Source of the DNA: Chthonomonadales bacterium
Lineage (GTDB): Bacteria; Armatimonadota; Chthonomonadetes; Chthonomonadales; CAJBBX01
NCBI GenBank assembly: GCA_037443035.1
Contig: JBBIPC010000001.1
Span: 340,606-404,605 of the forward strand
Length of the DNA: 64,000 bases
Direction of reading: 5' to 3'
Each line of letters begins with the position of its first letter. The first letter of the stretch is position 1. The position numbers were made by a program, and so were the translations under genes. This document shows, one piece after another, positions 49,871 through 60,118 of the stretch. The notes beneath the pieces are model-generated. The model was given only the letters and a program-made list of their open reading frames with translations, had not been told where the DNA came from and did not search any database.

Positions 49871-50440
49871 TCATTCTAGAGACGCTGTTTCCGACGAGCC
49901 TGCAGGTTCTGTTGGGGCGTCGGGGAGGCGGTCGGTCCGTGCGATGAGGGGTTCGAGATGGCGAAGGTCCACGAAGTTTGCACCCGCGGCGTTCCGTAGT
50001 TCCCGCGCTGTCATCTCCGGCAGACTGACGACCACAACACGTTTTCCTCGTGCTCGCAAGACCTCGACGACACGCTCGAAGTCGCCATCCCCACTCATTA
50101 GGACACAGGTGTCGTACCGACTAATAGTGTTGAAGACGTCAATAACGATCTCGATATCCAGGTTCGCCTTCTCCATCGTCTCGCCGGTCGTATCGTCGGT
50201 CACGAGCTTGATGCCCTTCGCGCGGACCGTGTAGCCGGCGTGCATGAGGTATTCGAAGAAGGCATTCTCCCGTCCTCTCGGTTGTGGATCGGTACCCGTG
50301 TAGTAGTATGCTTCGCTCAGTTCGCGGTCGCCCTGCCAGGCAAAGTGGGCCAGGACCCGGCGGTAATCAATGAACCAACCTAGCCGCTTCTGAGCATAGT
50401 ACATATTGGCGCCGTCTACGAATACCGATACTCTCTCCAC
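49871..50440 (-). CDS. NYN/LabA-like (PIN fold) protein
   Basis: VFVDGANM, KANLDIEIVID, SGDGDF, GKRVVV, ELRNAA..FVDL. Confidence 0.9.
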   Translation of the reverse strand: MERVSVFVDGANMYYAQKRLGWFIDYRRVLAHFAWQGDRELSEAYYYTGTDPQPRGRENAFFEYLMHAGYTVRAKGIKLVTDDTTGETMEKANLDIEIVIDVFNTISRYDTCVLMSGDGDFERVVEVLRARGKRVVVVSLPEMTARELRNAAGANFVDLRHLEPLIARTDRLPDAPTEPAGSSETASLE

Positions 50441-50441
50441 G

Positions 50442-51059
50442 TCATGCTCTCCGGTGGACCGCGGGCATCCACATAGGTCTTCGAGCTTCGTAATGCCTGA
50501 TCGAGTCCTCGTGGCTGAGCGTCAGGCCGATCTCGTCCAGCCCCTCCATCAGACAACGCCGCCAGAACGGATCCATGCTGAATGGTACGATTCTGCCGCT
50601 GGCGTCTGTTATCTGCTGCTCTGCAAGGTCTACGACTACCTTATACCCCGCCGTCATCGCTGCTTCCATGAACTCCCTTACGGTCCCTTCCGCTAGCGAC
50701 AGCGGTAGCAACCCATTCCGCAAGCAGTTGTTCCGAAAGATGTCCGCAAACGAAGGGGCGATGAGTACACGAAAGCCGTACTCCCTCAACGCCCAGGGCG
50801 CATGTTCACGCGAGGAGCCGCAACCGAAGTTGCTCCCAGTTACCAATATCGTAGCGCCCTGGTATTCGGGTCTGTTCAGCACGAAGTCGGGGTTTGGGGA
50901 TCCATCGGGAAGGAACCGCCAGTCGTAGAACAGGACATCGCCGAAGCCCGTGCGTTCGATTCGCTTGAGAAACTGTTTCGGTACGATCTGGTCGGTGTCC
51001 ACGTTCGCCCGATCTAGGGGCGCCACTAGCCCTTCCAGTCTTACGAAAGGCTCCATCAA
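50442..51059 (-). CDS. leuD: 3-isopropylmalate dehydratase small subunit
   Basis: [33 protein letters not shown]. Confidence 0.97.
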   Translation of the reverse strand: MMEPFVRLEGLVAPLDRANVDTDQIVPKQFLKRIERTGFGDVLFYDWRFLPDGSPNPDFVLNRPEYQGATILVTGSNFGCGSSREHAPWALREYGFRVLIAPSFADIFRNNCLRNGLLPLSLAEGTVREFMEAAMTAGYKVVVDLAEQQITDASGRIVPFSMDPFWRRCLMEGLDEIGLTLSHEDSIRHYEARRPMWMPAVHRRA

Positions 51060-52477
51060 CCATCTCCTCCTAGAGTACGAGCATCCACGATATGACCCGC
51101 GATTGCTGCTGCAGCTGCCATCGCAGGACTCATGAGATGGGTCCTCCCCCCTTTACCTTGACGACCCTCGAAGTTCCGATTGGATGTGGACGCACATCGC
51201 TCTCCCGGTTGCAGGATGTCCGGGTTCATGCCGAGGCACATGGAACACCCCGGCTGCCTCCACTCGCAGCCCGCGTCCAGGAAGATGCGGTCAAGCCCCT
51301 CTGCCTCCGCGGCCCGCTTCACACCCATGGATCCAGGTACCACCAGTACGCGAACACCTCGCGCGATCTTCCGGCCTCGCAGAACCGCTGCCGCTTGGCG
51401 AAGGTCCTCTAGCCGTCCGTTCGTACACGACCCGATGAAGACGTGCGTGATAGGTATCCCCTCGAGAGGCATTCCAGGTTGTAGCTCCATGTAATCGAGG
51501 GCGCGGCGGGCAGCTTCGCGCACGCCAGGACTAGCAAACGTCTCGGGATTCGGCACACGTTCGGTAATACGTGCAACCTGGCCGGGGCTCGTGCCCCAGG
51601 TGACGTACGGCTCGAACTCGCTTACATCTATCTTGACGGTATGGTCGAAAACTGCCCCTTCGTCCGTCGGAAGGGTCTTCCAGTACTCGACGGCCTCCAT
51701 CCAGGCATCGCCTGACGGCGCGTACGGGCGCCCCTCGAGATACGCCAGCGTTACCTCGTCGGGCGCTATCATCCCGGCCCTAGCACCTGCTTCGATCGAC
51801 ATGTTGCAGACCGTCATGCGCTCTTCCATAGTCAGCGCGCGGACTGCTTCGCCAGAATACTCCACCACGTAGCCAGTTGCGCCGTCCGTACCGATTCGCC
51901 CGATGATTCCAAGGATCAGGTCCTTGGCACATACGCCACGCGGCGCCACACCGGTAAGCCGGATCTGCATTGTCTTGGGCTTGTTCTGCAGTAGGCACTG
52001 CGTGGCGAGCACATGCTCTACTTCCGACGTGCCAATGCCGAACGCAAGTGCACCGAAGGCTCCGTGCGTGGCGGTATGGCTATCGCCACAGACAATCGTC
52101 ATACCCGGCTGAGTCAGGCCGAATTCCGGGCCGATAATGTGGACGATACCCTGGTCGGGGTGCCGTAGGTCTAGCAGGCGGATCCCGAACTCCGCGCAGT
52201 TCCGTTCCAGGGCCTCCACCTGAGCCCGGCTCACCGGATCCTCGATGGGCCTGTCCCGCTCGCTCGTGGGTACGTTGTGATCCATGGTGGCGAGCGTCAG
52301 ATCGGGTCTCCGTACCCTTCGTTCCGACAGACGCAGGCCCTCGAACGCCTGAGGCGAGGTTACTTCATGTACCAGATGCAGGTCAATGAAGAGCAGATCC
52401 GGCTCGCCCGGCGCTTGGCGGACCACATGTGCTTCCCAGATCTTCTCGAAGAGCGTACGCGGACGATCCGCCATCAC
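51056..52477 (-). CDS. leuC: 3-isopropylmalate dehydratase large subunit
   Basis: [43 protein letters not shown]. Confidence 0.97.
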   Translation of the reverse strand: MMADRPRTLFEKIWEAHVVRQAPGEPDLLFIDLHLVHEVTSPQAFEGLRLSERRVRRPDLTLATMDHNVPTSERDRPIEDPVSRAQVEALERNCAEFGIRLLDLRHPDQGIVHIIGPEFGLTQPGMTIVCGDSHTATHGAFGALAFGIGTSEVEHVLATQCLLQNKPKTMQIRLTGVAPRGVCAKDLILGIIGRIGTDGATGYVVEYSGEAVRALTMEERMTVCNMSIEAGARAGMIAPDEVTLAYLEGRPYAPSGDAWMEAVEYWKTLPTDEGAVFDHTVKIDVSEFEPYVTWGTSPGQVARITERVPNPETFASPGVREAARRALDYMELQPGMPLEGIPITHVFIGSCTNGRLEDLRQAAAVLRGRKIARGVRVLVVPGSMGVKRAAEAEGLDRIFLDAGCEWRQPGCSMCLGMNPDILQPGERCASTSNRNFEGRQGKGGRTHLMSPAMAAAAAIAGHIVDARTLGGDG

Positions 52478-54024
52478 ACTTGCTCCAGGCTGACCACGGG
52501 AGCGGTACTCTCGCGATTCTCGATGAGCCTATTGAGGGCATTCAGATAAGCTCGCGCGCTGGCAACGCAGATGTCCGAGTGACTGCCCCTACCCGTGTAT
52601 ATGTCGTGGCCGTGCCGGATGCGAATGGTCACCTCCGCCAATGCGTCAATGCCCTCAGTGACGGCTTGGATGGAGAACTCGATGAGGTCGTTCTCGACCT
52701 GAACAATCCTGTTGACGGCCCTGTAGATGGCATCCACAGGGCCTGTGCCGTGGTCGCTGTCCGTCAGAATGCTACCGTCAGGCCCTTTCAGGCGCACGGT
52801 CGCCGTCGGTATGCTGTGGTCTCCGCAGCTCACCTGAACGTGGAGCAGCTCGTAGCTTACCTTTACCGTAGAAGTCTCGTCAGCAACGATGACCTCGAGA
52901 TCTTCATCGTAAACCATCTTCTTGCGGTCCGCGACCTGTAGGAATCGCTCGTAGATGCGGTTGAGCTGTGCTTCGTCCAGATCGTAGCCGAGCTGTTGCA
53001 GACGATGGGACAGAGCATGTCGCCCCGACCGTGCAGTCAAGAGGATCTTGCTTTCCGGAATACCCACTTCCCGTGGATCGATGATCTCGTAGGTCGTTCG
53101 CTCCTTGAGTACTCCGTCCTGGTGAATGCCGGACGAATGGGCGAATGCGTTAGCGCCGACGATGGCTTTGTTGGGCTGTACAAGGATTCCCGTCAGATTC
53201 GACACCAAGCGGCTGGTCTTGTAAAGCTCCTGGGTGACAATGCGCGTCTGGATGCCGAAGAAGTCAGACCGGACTCGCAACGCCATGACGACTTCCTCGA
53301 GACTCGTATTGCCCGCCCTCTCGCCAATCCCGTTGATCGTGCATTCCACCTGCCTTGCACCCGCCTTGACGCCCGCAAGTGCATTCGCCACTGCCAGGCC
53401 AAGATCATCGTGACAATGCACAGACACAATGGCCCGGTCAATGTTCGGGACACGGTTCATGACGGTCGCGACGAGAGTTCCGAACTCCAACGGAGTGGTG
53501 AAGCCCGTGGTGTCTGGAATGTTGATCACCGTGGCACCTGCCTCGATGACCGCTTCGATGACTTCGCAGAGATAGTCCGGGTCAGCACGTCCTGCATCCT
53601 CCAGGAAGTACTCGACATCCTCCACGAATCTGCGCGCATACCGCACTGCTTCCACGCCCACTTCCTTGGCCTGTTGCCTGCTCATGTTCAGCTTGTGAGC
53701 AAGGTGGTTGTCCGATACGCCCAGGCCAGTATGGATGCGTGGTCGAAGAGCCGGCTTCAGCGCCTCCGCTGCGACATCTATGTCCTCCCGGCGCGCACGA
53801 GTAAGGCCACAAACCGTGGCATTTCGAATGACTTTCGAGACTTCTTGCACGGCTGTGAAGTCCCCCGGCGAAGAGATGGGGAAACCAGCCTCGATGATGT
53901 CAACGCCGAGCTTCTCGAGTTGCCTGGCAATCTCCACCTTCTCGGCGACATTCAGCGACGCGCCTGGTGACTGCTCGCCGTCGCGTAGGGTTGTATCGAA
54001 TATCTGAACGTAGTCTGATGACAC
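52474..54024 (-). CDS. leuA: 2-isopropylmalate synthase
   Basis: [43 protein letters not shown]. Confidence 0.96.
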   Translation of the reverse strand: MSSDYVQIFDTTLRDGEQSPGASLNVAEKVEIARQLEKLGVDIIEAGFPISSPGDFTAVQEVSKVIRNATVCGLTRARREDIDVAAEALKPALRPRIHTGLGVSDNHLAHKLNMSRQQAKEVGVEAVRYARRFVEDVEYFLEDAGRADPDYLCEVIEAVIEAGATVINIPDTTGFTTPLEFGTLVATVMNRVPNIDRAIVSVHCHDDLGLAVANALAGVKAGARQVECTINGIGERAGNTSLEEVVMALRVRSDFFGIQTRIVTQELYKTSRLVSNLTGILVQPNKAIVGANAFAHSSGIHQDGVLKERTTYEIIDPREVGIPESKILLTARSGRHALSHRLQQLGYDLDEAQLNRIYERFLQVADRKKMVYDEDLEVIVADETSTVKVSYELLHVQVSCGDHSIPTATVRLKGPDGSILTDSDHGTGPVDAIYRAVNRIVQVENDLIEFSIQAVTEGIDALAEVTIRIRHGHDIYTGRGSHSDICVASARAYLNALNRLIENRESTAPVVSLEQV

Positions 54025-54049
54025 GCTAATCCTCCCCGACCACGCGGAA

Positions 54050-55057
54050 TCACTCGGCTTGCTTCATGGGTTCGATCCAACTCATGAGACTCCGCAGCCG
54101 CTTCCCGACTGTCTCGATTTCGTGCGCCGCCTCTCGAGCTGCCAGAGCGCGGAACACAGGCCGGCCGGCCCTGTTCTCGAGTATCCACTCCCGCGCGAAG
54201 GCACCCGACTGGATATCTTCGAGTAGTTCTCGCATGCGTCTCCGAACCGCGTCGTCAATGATGCGTGGCCCCCGTGTCATGTCGCCGTACTGAGCCGTGT
54301 CGGAAATGGAGTAGCGCATACCGGCGATGCCGGATTCATACATCAGATCCACGATGAGCTTGAGTTCGTGCAGGCACTCGAAGTACGCGATCTCCGGCTG
54401 GTAACCTGCCTGAACCAAGGTCTCGAACGCGGCCTTCACCAGGGCTGTCGTACCACCGCACAGAACGGCTTGCTCGCCGAACAGGTCTGTCTCGGTCTCC
54501 TCCCGGAATGTAGTCTCCAGAACACCAGCCCGTGTGCCGCCGATACCCTTGGCCCACGCTAGCGCGAGATCGCGTGCATGGCCGGTGGCGTCTTGGTACA
54601 CGGCGATCAGGCACGGCACTCCTTTGCCTTCGGTGTAAACCCGCCGCACGAGGTGCCCGGGGCCCTTCGGAGCCACCATGAACACGTCAACGTCCTTCGG
54701 AGGCACGATCTGTCCAAAGTGGATGTTGAAGCCATGCCCGAAGGCAATGGCCTTGCCCTGTGACAAACCCGGCTGTATAGACTCGGTATAGAGCGAAGCC
54801 TGATACTCATCGTTGATGAGGATCATGATGATATCGCACGCCTTAGCCGCCGCTGCGACATCCAGGACTGCGAATCCGTCGCGAGTTGCGGCCTCCCAGC
54901 TTCTGCCCGGGCGAGCACCGATTGTCACATCGAGGCCACTGTCTCGCAGATTCTGCGCGTGAGCGTGCCCCTGGCTTCCATATCCCACCACCGCGATCTT
55001 GCGGGATCGAAGGATGGTGAGGTCAGCGTCCTTCTCGCCGTATACTCTTGCTGCCAT
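54050..55057 (-). CDS. ilvC: Ketol-acid reductoisomerase
   Basis: [45 protein letters not shown]. Confidence 0.97.
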   Translation of the reverse strand: MAARVYGEKDADLTILRSRKIAVVGYGSQGHAHAQNLRDSGLDVTIGARPGRSWEAATRDGFAVLDVAAAAKACDIIMILINDEYQASLYTESIQPGLSQGKAIAFGHGFNIHFGQIVPPKDVDVFMVAPKGPGHLVRRVYTEGKGVPCLIAVYQDATGHARDLALAWAKGIGGTRAGVLETTFREETETDLFGEQAVLCGGTTALVKAAFETLVQAGYQPEIAYFECLHELKLIVDLMYESGIAGMRYSISDTAQYGDMTRGPRIIDDAVRRRMRELLEDIQSGAFAREWILENRAGRPVFRALAAREAAHEIETVGKRLRSLMSWIEPMKQAE

Positions 55058-55126
55058 GATTTCCTTGGTTCCTTTCGACTAGTGTCGGATCACTCGATTC
55101 ATCGCGCACTCGCGATGAGATTAGCC

Positions 55127-55504
55127 CTATTTCCTTGCCGCTTCTTTCCCCGCAGGCTCGCCGCCTCGACGGTCCGTCACCGCTGAGAATCGCCGCGCCC
55201 AGAGACCGTAGAGGCTACCGCCCACAGCTCCGAGCACCACAAACAAGAGCAGATTCGCGAGGAGATTGCGCACCGTGTCCATCCCTAGACGGTCGGAGAT
55301 GCGGAGGTAGAGCCGCCATAGGCCGTAATTCAGAACGCCTAGCGAGCCTACGAGGAGACCTGCAACGGTGTGAGTGACAGCACGCCCGCCTCGTCTTCCG
55401 ATGACAGCCCCCACGACCGCCCCTAAGACCGGTCCTAGGACAGCCAGCGCCAGGAACGCCGCGTTGACCTGCTCGACCGTGACGATCTCCCGCATGTCGT
55501 CCAT
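55127..55504 (-). CDS. Small membrane protein (about 3 TM), unknown function
   Basis: Three hydrophobic segments; starts 2 nt after the ilvN stop. Confidence 0.7.
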   Translation of the reverse strand: MDDMREIVTVEQVNAAFLALAVLGPVLGAVVGAVIGRRGGRAVTHTVAGLLVGSLGVLNYGLWRLYLRISDRLGMDTVRNLLANLLLFVVLGAVGGSLYGLWARRFSAVTDRRGGEPAGKEAARK

Positions 55505-55506
55505 CG

Positions 55507-56034
55507 TCAGGCGGTCCGCGTACCTCTTGCCATGGCGATCACCCCCGTACGCACCATCTCCCGGCTCCCGTAGGCGCCCAGGAGCGTGCCAATCTTGTCG
55601 AGCTTATCCACGCTTCCCGTAACCTCGACAATGAAAGTCTTCTCGGTCATGTCAATGATTCGCGCGCGGAACACCTCTACGATCTGCATGATCTCCCCGC
55701 GCGTCCGAGGCTCTGCGTTGACCTTGATCAGTGCTAGTTCGCGCTCTACGGCGGGTGCATCGACGTAGTCCACGACACGGATGACCTCGACCTGCTTGTT
55801 CAACTGCTTCGTTATCTGCTCTAGAACGGCGTAATCACCAACGACGACGATGGTCATCCGCGAGACTTCGGGATTCTCCGTCACGGACACTGTGAGCGAC
55901 TCGATATTGTACCCGCGCCTGGCGAACAGGCCCGCAACGCGCGCGAGAACGCCGGGATGGTTGCTGACCAGGACAGAGATCACATGCTTCATGACGCCGT
56001 TTGCGCTAGTCGCGGAAAGCGTAGCTCCCATCAT
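55507..56034 (-). CDS. ilvN: Acetolactate synthase small subunit
   Basis: N.PGVLARVAGLFARRGYNIESL, ERELALIKV, EMVRTG. Alternative start 55992. Confidence 0.96.
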   Translation of the reverse strand: MMGATLSATSANGVMKHVISVLVSNHPGVLARVAGLFARRGYNIESLTVSVTENPEVSRMTIVVVGDYAVLEQITKQLNKQVEVIRVVDYVDAPAVERELALIKVNAEPRTRGEIMQIVEVFRARIIDMTEKTFIVEVTGSVDKLDKIGTLLGAYGSREMVRTGVIAMARGTRTA

Positions 56035-57842
56035 GAGTCTCCCTTCTGGTCGGAGGTGCCCGTCTCGTGTAATGTTACGTATTCCTCCAGCACCCTGTCC
56101 TCGTCCTCGAACGACCAGCTCTCGGCGTCTTCGTCGAGGCTGGCCTTCAGCTCTTCGAGGTTGGCTCGAATGCGCATCTCATCCACGCTCTGTCCCGACG
56201 GGATCATGGGATATACGTTCTCCTCGCGCGGCACCTGGCAGTCAATGATCACAGGCCGATCGTCCACCCGCAGACCCTCCTGAAGTGCTGCGTCGAACTC
56301 GTCCGGCGTGTGCGCGCGCATTCCAACAGCGCCATATGCCTCTGCCAGCTTTACAAAGTCCGGCGACGCTTCCAGATCCGTATGGCTGTAGCGCTCGTTG
56401 TAGAAGAGCTCTTGCCACTGGCGTACCATGCCCAGGGAACGATTGTTCACGATGGCCACCAGAATCGGCAGGCCGTACACTACTGCTGTCATCAGCTCTT
56501 GCGAACACATCTGGAAACTGCCGTCACCCGAGATACACACGACACGATGATCGGGACAGGCGATCTGCGCTCCGATGGCCGCAGGCAGGCCGTAGCCCAT
56601 GGTTCCCAGCCCCCCGCTGGTGATCCATTGCCGCGGCCTTCTGCACCGATAGTACTGGGCGGCCCACATCTGGTGTTGGCCCACGTCCGTGGTCATGATG
56701 GCCTCCCAGTCTGTTGCCTTGCCGATCTGTTCGATGACGTACTCCGCATACAGACGCCCATCCGATGGGTAGAGAAGCGGGAAGTTCCTCTTCCAGTCCA
56801 TGATCTGATCGTTCCACGGCGACCACGGTCGGGGCTCGACGTGCTGCAACAGCTCTCGAAGCACGGTCTTCACGTCGCCAACGATGGGGATCTCTGGGGC
56901 ACGGACCTTACCGATTTCAGCAGGATCGATATCAATGTGGATGACCTGGGCTTGCCTCGCGAACTTATCCGGACGGCCCGTCACCCGGTCATCGAACCTG
57001 ACCCCAACAGCGATGAGGAGGTCGCAGTTATGCACAGCATGATTGGCGTAGGCGGTACCGTGCATGCCCAGCATACCGAGGGACAATCTGTGATTCTCGT
57101 CAATAATGCCTTTGCCCATGAGGGTCGTTGTGACGAGAATGTTGGTCCGCTCTGCCAGCTCCGTAACCTCGCGCTGGGCTCCGGAGCTAATCGCTCCGCC
57201 ACCGACGTAGAGCACCGGTCTCTCGGCTCGGGCGATCTCCTGTGCAGCCCGTCTGATCTGCATCTCATGGCCACGGAGCCGCGGCCTGTACGACGGGATG
57301 TCTGGGTCCCGCACATACGTCGCGGGGTCCCACTGGACCTTTGCGAGGCTGACATCGAGGGGCACGTCTATCAAGACCGGCCCAGGGCGGCCCGTGCGGG
57401 CGATATGGAAGGCTTCAGCGACAACACGGGGTATGTCCTCTGCCCTCTTCAGCAGGTAGCTGTGCTTGGTGATGGGCGCCGCAATTCCCGTGATGTCCGC
57501 CTCCTGGAACGCGTCCTTGCCAATCACGCTCGTTCGGACCTGTCCCGTGATGGCGACCATCGGTATCGAATCCATGTACGCGTTGGCGATCCCTGTGACG
57601 AGGTTCGTTGCACCGGGGCCGCTGGTAGCGAGACATACGCCCACGCGCCCAGTTGCGCGAGCGTAGCCATCCGCCATGTGCGCCGCTCCCTGCTCGTGAC
57701 GCACTAGATAATGCCGGATGAAGCCACAGTCATACAGCGCATCGTAGAGCGGCAACGCTGCCCCTCCGGGGTAGCCGAAGATATCGGTCACTCCTTCGAG
57801 ACGCAGACACTCCAACAGAACTTGCGCGCCTGATTGCGGCAT
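56031..57842 (-). CDS. ilvB: Acetolactate synthase large subunit
   Basis: Start MPQSGAQ after AAGGAG; FGYPGG, RHEQGA, TSGPGATN, GDGSFQM, LGMVRQWQ. Confidence 0.97.
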   Translation of the reverse strand: MPQSGAQVLLECLRLEGVTDIFGYPGGAALPLYDALYDCGFIRHYLVRHEQGAAHMADGYARATGRVGVCLATSGPGATNLVTGIANAYMDSIPMVAITGQVRTSVIGKDAFQEADITGIAAPITKHSYLLKRAEDIPRVVAEAFHIARTGRPGPVLIDVPLDVSLAKVQWDPATYVRDPDIPSYRPRLRGHEMQIRRAAQEIARAERPVLYVGGGAISSGAQREVTELAERTNILVTTTLMGKGIIDENHRLSLGMLGMHGTAYANHAVHNCDLLIAVGVRFDDRVTGRPDKFARQAQVIHIDIDPAEIGKVRAPEIPIVGDVKTVLRELLQHVEPRPWSPWNDQIMDWKRNFPLLYPSDGRLYAEYVIEQIGKATDWEAIMTTDVGQHQMWAAQYYRCRRPRQWITSGGLGTMGYGLPAAIGAQIACPDHRVVCISGDGSFQMCSQELMTAVVYGLPILVAIVNNRSLGMVRQWQELFYNERYSHTDLEASPDFVKLAEAYGAVGMRAHTPDEFDAALQEGLRVDDRPVIIDCQVPREENVYPMIPSGQSVDEMRIRANLEELKASLDEDAESWSFEDEDRVLEEYVTLHETGTSDQKGDS

Positions 57843-57876
57843 CGTCGAATCTCCTTCCGTTACATACCAGGTACTG

Positions 57877-58135
57877 AAAACGAAAAACCCCTCATCCCAA
57901 GGGACGAGAGGTTCACTCACGCGGTACCACCCTTGTAGGGCCCAGCCGTCGCGAGAAACGGCTTGGACGAGCCCCACTCTAGCGCAGTAACGGGCGCACC
58001 CGGACAGACCTACTGAAGCTAAGCTCGTTCAGCCTGTCGGCTCCGAGGTGAGTTTCCGCAACAGCCCTTACCGCCTCGCACCAACCGGCGGCTCTCTGAA
58101 ACTGAAGCTGTCGCGTACTGGCCTCTTCATCGCCG
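57877..58135 (-). promoter_or_regulatory. T-box riboswitch (Leu, CUC specifier) with intrinsic terminator
   Basis: AGTA, AGAGAG..GGTGCGA distal loops, GAAA-CTC specifier (58052-58050), T-box AAGGGTGGTACCGCG (57934-57920), terminator CCTCTCGTCCC-tt-GGGATGAGGGG followed by TTTTTCGTTTT. Confidence 0.94.
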
Positions 58136-58153
58136 AAGACCAGATTGTGCGGT

Positions 58154-58184
58154 TATAATACCCACACCTATGCAGCCTCGTCAA
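58154..58184. promoter_or_regulatory. Overlapping divergent promoters (ilv-leu leader and kdsA)
   Basis: Minus: TTGACG(58184-79)-N18-TATTAT(58160-55). Plus: TATAAT at 58154-59, 10 nt before the kdsA ATG. Confidence 0.6.
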
Positions 58185-59018
58185 GACATTGTGCGCACTA
58201 TTCGGGCTGGCTCGGTTGCCATCGGCCCCGCTGCGGGCAAGCTCGCCCTCATCGCAGGCCCCTGCGTAGTCGAGAGCCTGGACCTTTGCCTGCAAGTTGC
58301 ATCCGCCATCCGGGAGATCTGCCAGCGTCTTGGCATCTCCTACATCTTCAAGGCATCGTTCGACAAGGCGAATCGAACGTCCCTATCCTCATTTCGGGGC
58401 CCAGGTTTGGCGCGAGGTCTCCAAGTGCTCCACGAGGTCAAGGAGAGATTCGACCTGCCAGTCTGCACAGATATCCACGAAGCTGCTCAGGCCCCCACTG
58501 TCGCGGAGGTCGCCGACGTCCTCCAGATTCCTGCATTCCTCTGCCGCCAGACCGACCTCGTGCTAGTAGCGGCGAGGACGGGCAAGTGCGTCAATATCAA
58601 GAAGGGGCAGTTCATGGCGCCGCGGGACATGGAGTACGTTCTCGAGAAAGCCCTGAGTACTGGTAACGAAAACGTCCTTCTCACCGAACGAGGTGTCAGC
58701 TTCGGCTACAACACGCTGGTCGTGGACTTCACCGCGCTGCCGACCATGCGAAGCCTGGGCTTCCCTGTCTGCATGGACGCCACCCACGCTGTTCAGCGTC
58801 CAGGTGGAGATCGTGGACAGTCCGGCGGCAACAGGCAGTTCGTACAGTACCTCGCTCGCGCGGCTGCTGCTGTGGGCATGGATGCCCTGTTCCTCGAAGT
58901 CCACCCAGACCCGGATCGCGCGCTGTCCGACAAGGCTTCCATGCTGCCGTTAGCATGCGTCGAGCCATTGCTGCGTCAAGTGCTCGCACTCGACCGCGTT
59001 GTTCGTGATTCCCTCTAG
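58170..59018 (+). CDS. kdsA: KDO-8-phosphate synthase (metal-dependent, Cys form)
   Basis: IAGPCVVES, FKASFDKANRTS, QIPAFLCRQT, KKGQF, TERG.SFGYN, DATHAVQ. Confidence 0.96.
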   Translation: MQPRQDIVRTIRAGSVAIGPAAGKLALIAGPCVVESLDLCLQVASAIREICQRLGISYIFKASFDKANRTSLSSFRGPGLARGLQVLHEVKERFDLPVCTDIHEAAQAPTVAEVADVLQIPAFLCRQTDLVLVAARTGKCVNIKKGQFMAPRDMEYVLEKALSTGNENVLLTERGVSFGYNTLVVDFTALPTMRSLGFPVCMDATHAVQRPGGDRGQSGGNRQFVQYLARAAAAVGMDALFLEVHPDPDRALSDKASMLPLACVEPLLRQVLALDRVVRDSL

Positions 59019-59115
59019 GTCTCGATAGGAAGCAGACGCTCTCACCGAGAATGATGCCGCAAGCAAGTCATCCCCATACCGCGGGGATGCAATGAAGGGA
59101 GGCTGAACAGAGGTC

Positions 59116-60093
59116 ATGGACGGCAAGATCAGAATTGGCTTCATCGGCAGCGGGGGCAACGCACGGCATCACATGGGGCAGATTCTCGCGCAACCCGATG
59201 CGCAGATCGTCGCCATCGCCGACCCTAATCCAGCGATGATCGAGGCTGCACACCGGCAATACCCTGCCCTCTCGGGCGTGCCGGCTTTCGACAATCACTC
59301 GGACATGCTGGCTTCTGTTCGCATGGATGCCGTGGTCATTAGCACGCCCCATACGACGCATAAGGAGCAGATCCTAGCAGCTCTGGACAAGGGACTGCAC
59401 GTGCTATGTGAGAAGCCGCTTGTGTGTACCGTCGCAGATGCCACGGAAGTCATCGCGCGGCTGGAAGAGGCGGGAAGGGTCGGGCTTCTTTCCTATCAGC
59501 GCCACTATCAGCCCGAGTTCCGTTATATTCGGTCGCGCATTGCCGCAGGCGACCTTGGTCCGGTGACCTTCATTAGCGCTCTCCAATGTCAGAACTGGAA
59601 AAACGGTACCCGCGGCACCTGGCGGCAGGATCCGGCCCTCTCAGGAGGTGGACAGCTCAACGACTCCGGCAGTCACCTACTCGATATCATCCTCTGGATC
59701 ACCGGTCTCAAGGTGGATACGGTCTCAGCATTCATTGACAACCTTGGCACGCCTGTTGACATCAACTCCGCACTTTCCATCAAGTTCCAGGGCGGCGCTC
59801 AAGGCAACATATCCGTGGTCGGTGACGCTACAGACTGGCATGAGGACGTGACGATCTGGTGCGAGAAGGGCTTCTTCCTCATGAGGAACGGCAAGCTGCA
59901 GGTAAGCGAAGGCGCCGGGCGATACACATTCGACAGCCTCCGAGGTGGTTCCAGCCCTGACCGAAACTTCCTCGATGCCATCGCGGGGCGTGCGGAGGTC
60001 CAGTCGCCCTTCACCTGCGGATTGCGCGTCATCGAGCTCACCGAGGCCGCATGGAAATCTGCCGCTCTTGGCGGCGAACCGGTGAAGGTCTAG
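59116..60093 (+). CDS. Gfo/Idh/MocA family oxidoreductase
   Basis: IGFIGSG, STPH..H, HVLCEKP, SGGGQLNDSGSHLLD. Confidence 0.92.
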   Translation: MDGKIRIGFIGSGGNARHHMGQILAQPDAQIVAIADPNPAMIEAAHRQYPALSGVPAFDNHSDMLASVRMDAVVISTPHTTHKEQILAALDKGLHVLCEKPLVCTVADATEVIARLEEAGRVGLLSYQRHYQPEFRYIRSRIAAGDLGPVTFISALQCQNWKNGTRGTWRQDPALSGGGQLNDSGSHLLDIILWITGLKVDTVSAFIDNLGTPVDINSALSIKFQGGAQGNISVVGDATDWHEDVTIWCEKGFFLMRNGKLQVSEGAGRYTFDSLRGGSSPDRNFLDAIAGRAEVQSPFTCGLRVIELTEAAWKSAALGGEPVKV

Positions 60094-60118
60094 GGCCAGT
60101 TACCGGAACGAGGACGCC

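Noticed and set aside
56310..57707. Long plus-strand ORFs such as 56310..57707, 20627..21907, 28547..29659, 52996..53970 and 32963..33922
   Set aside because: They are antisense shadows of conserved genes, expected in GC-rich DNA, and have no recognisable motifs.
57843..57977. N-terminal extension of ilvB, or a leader peptide
   Set aside because: It runs through the T-box terminator; the SD-preceded ATG is at 57842.
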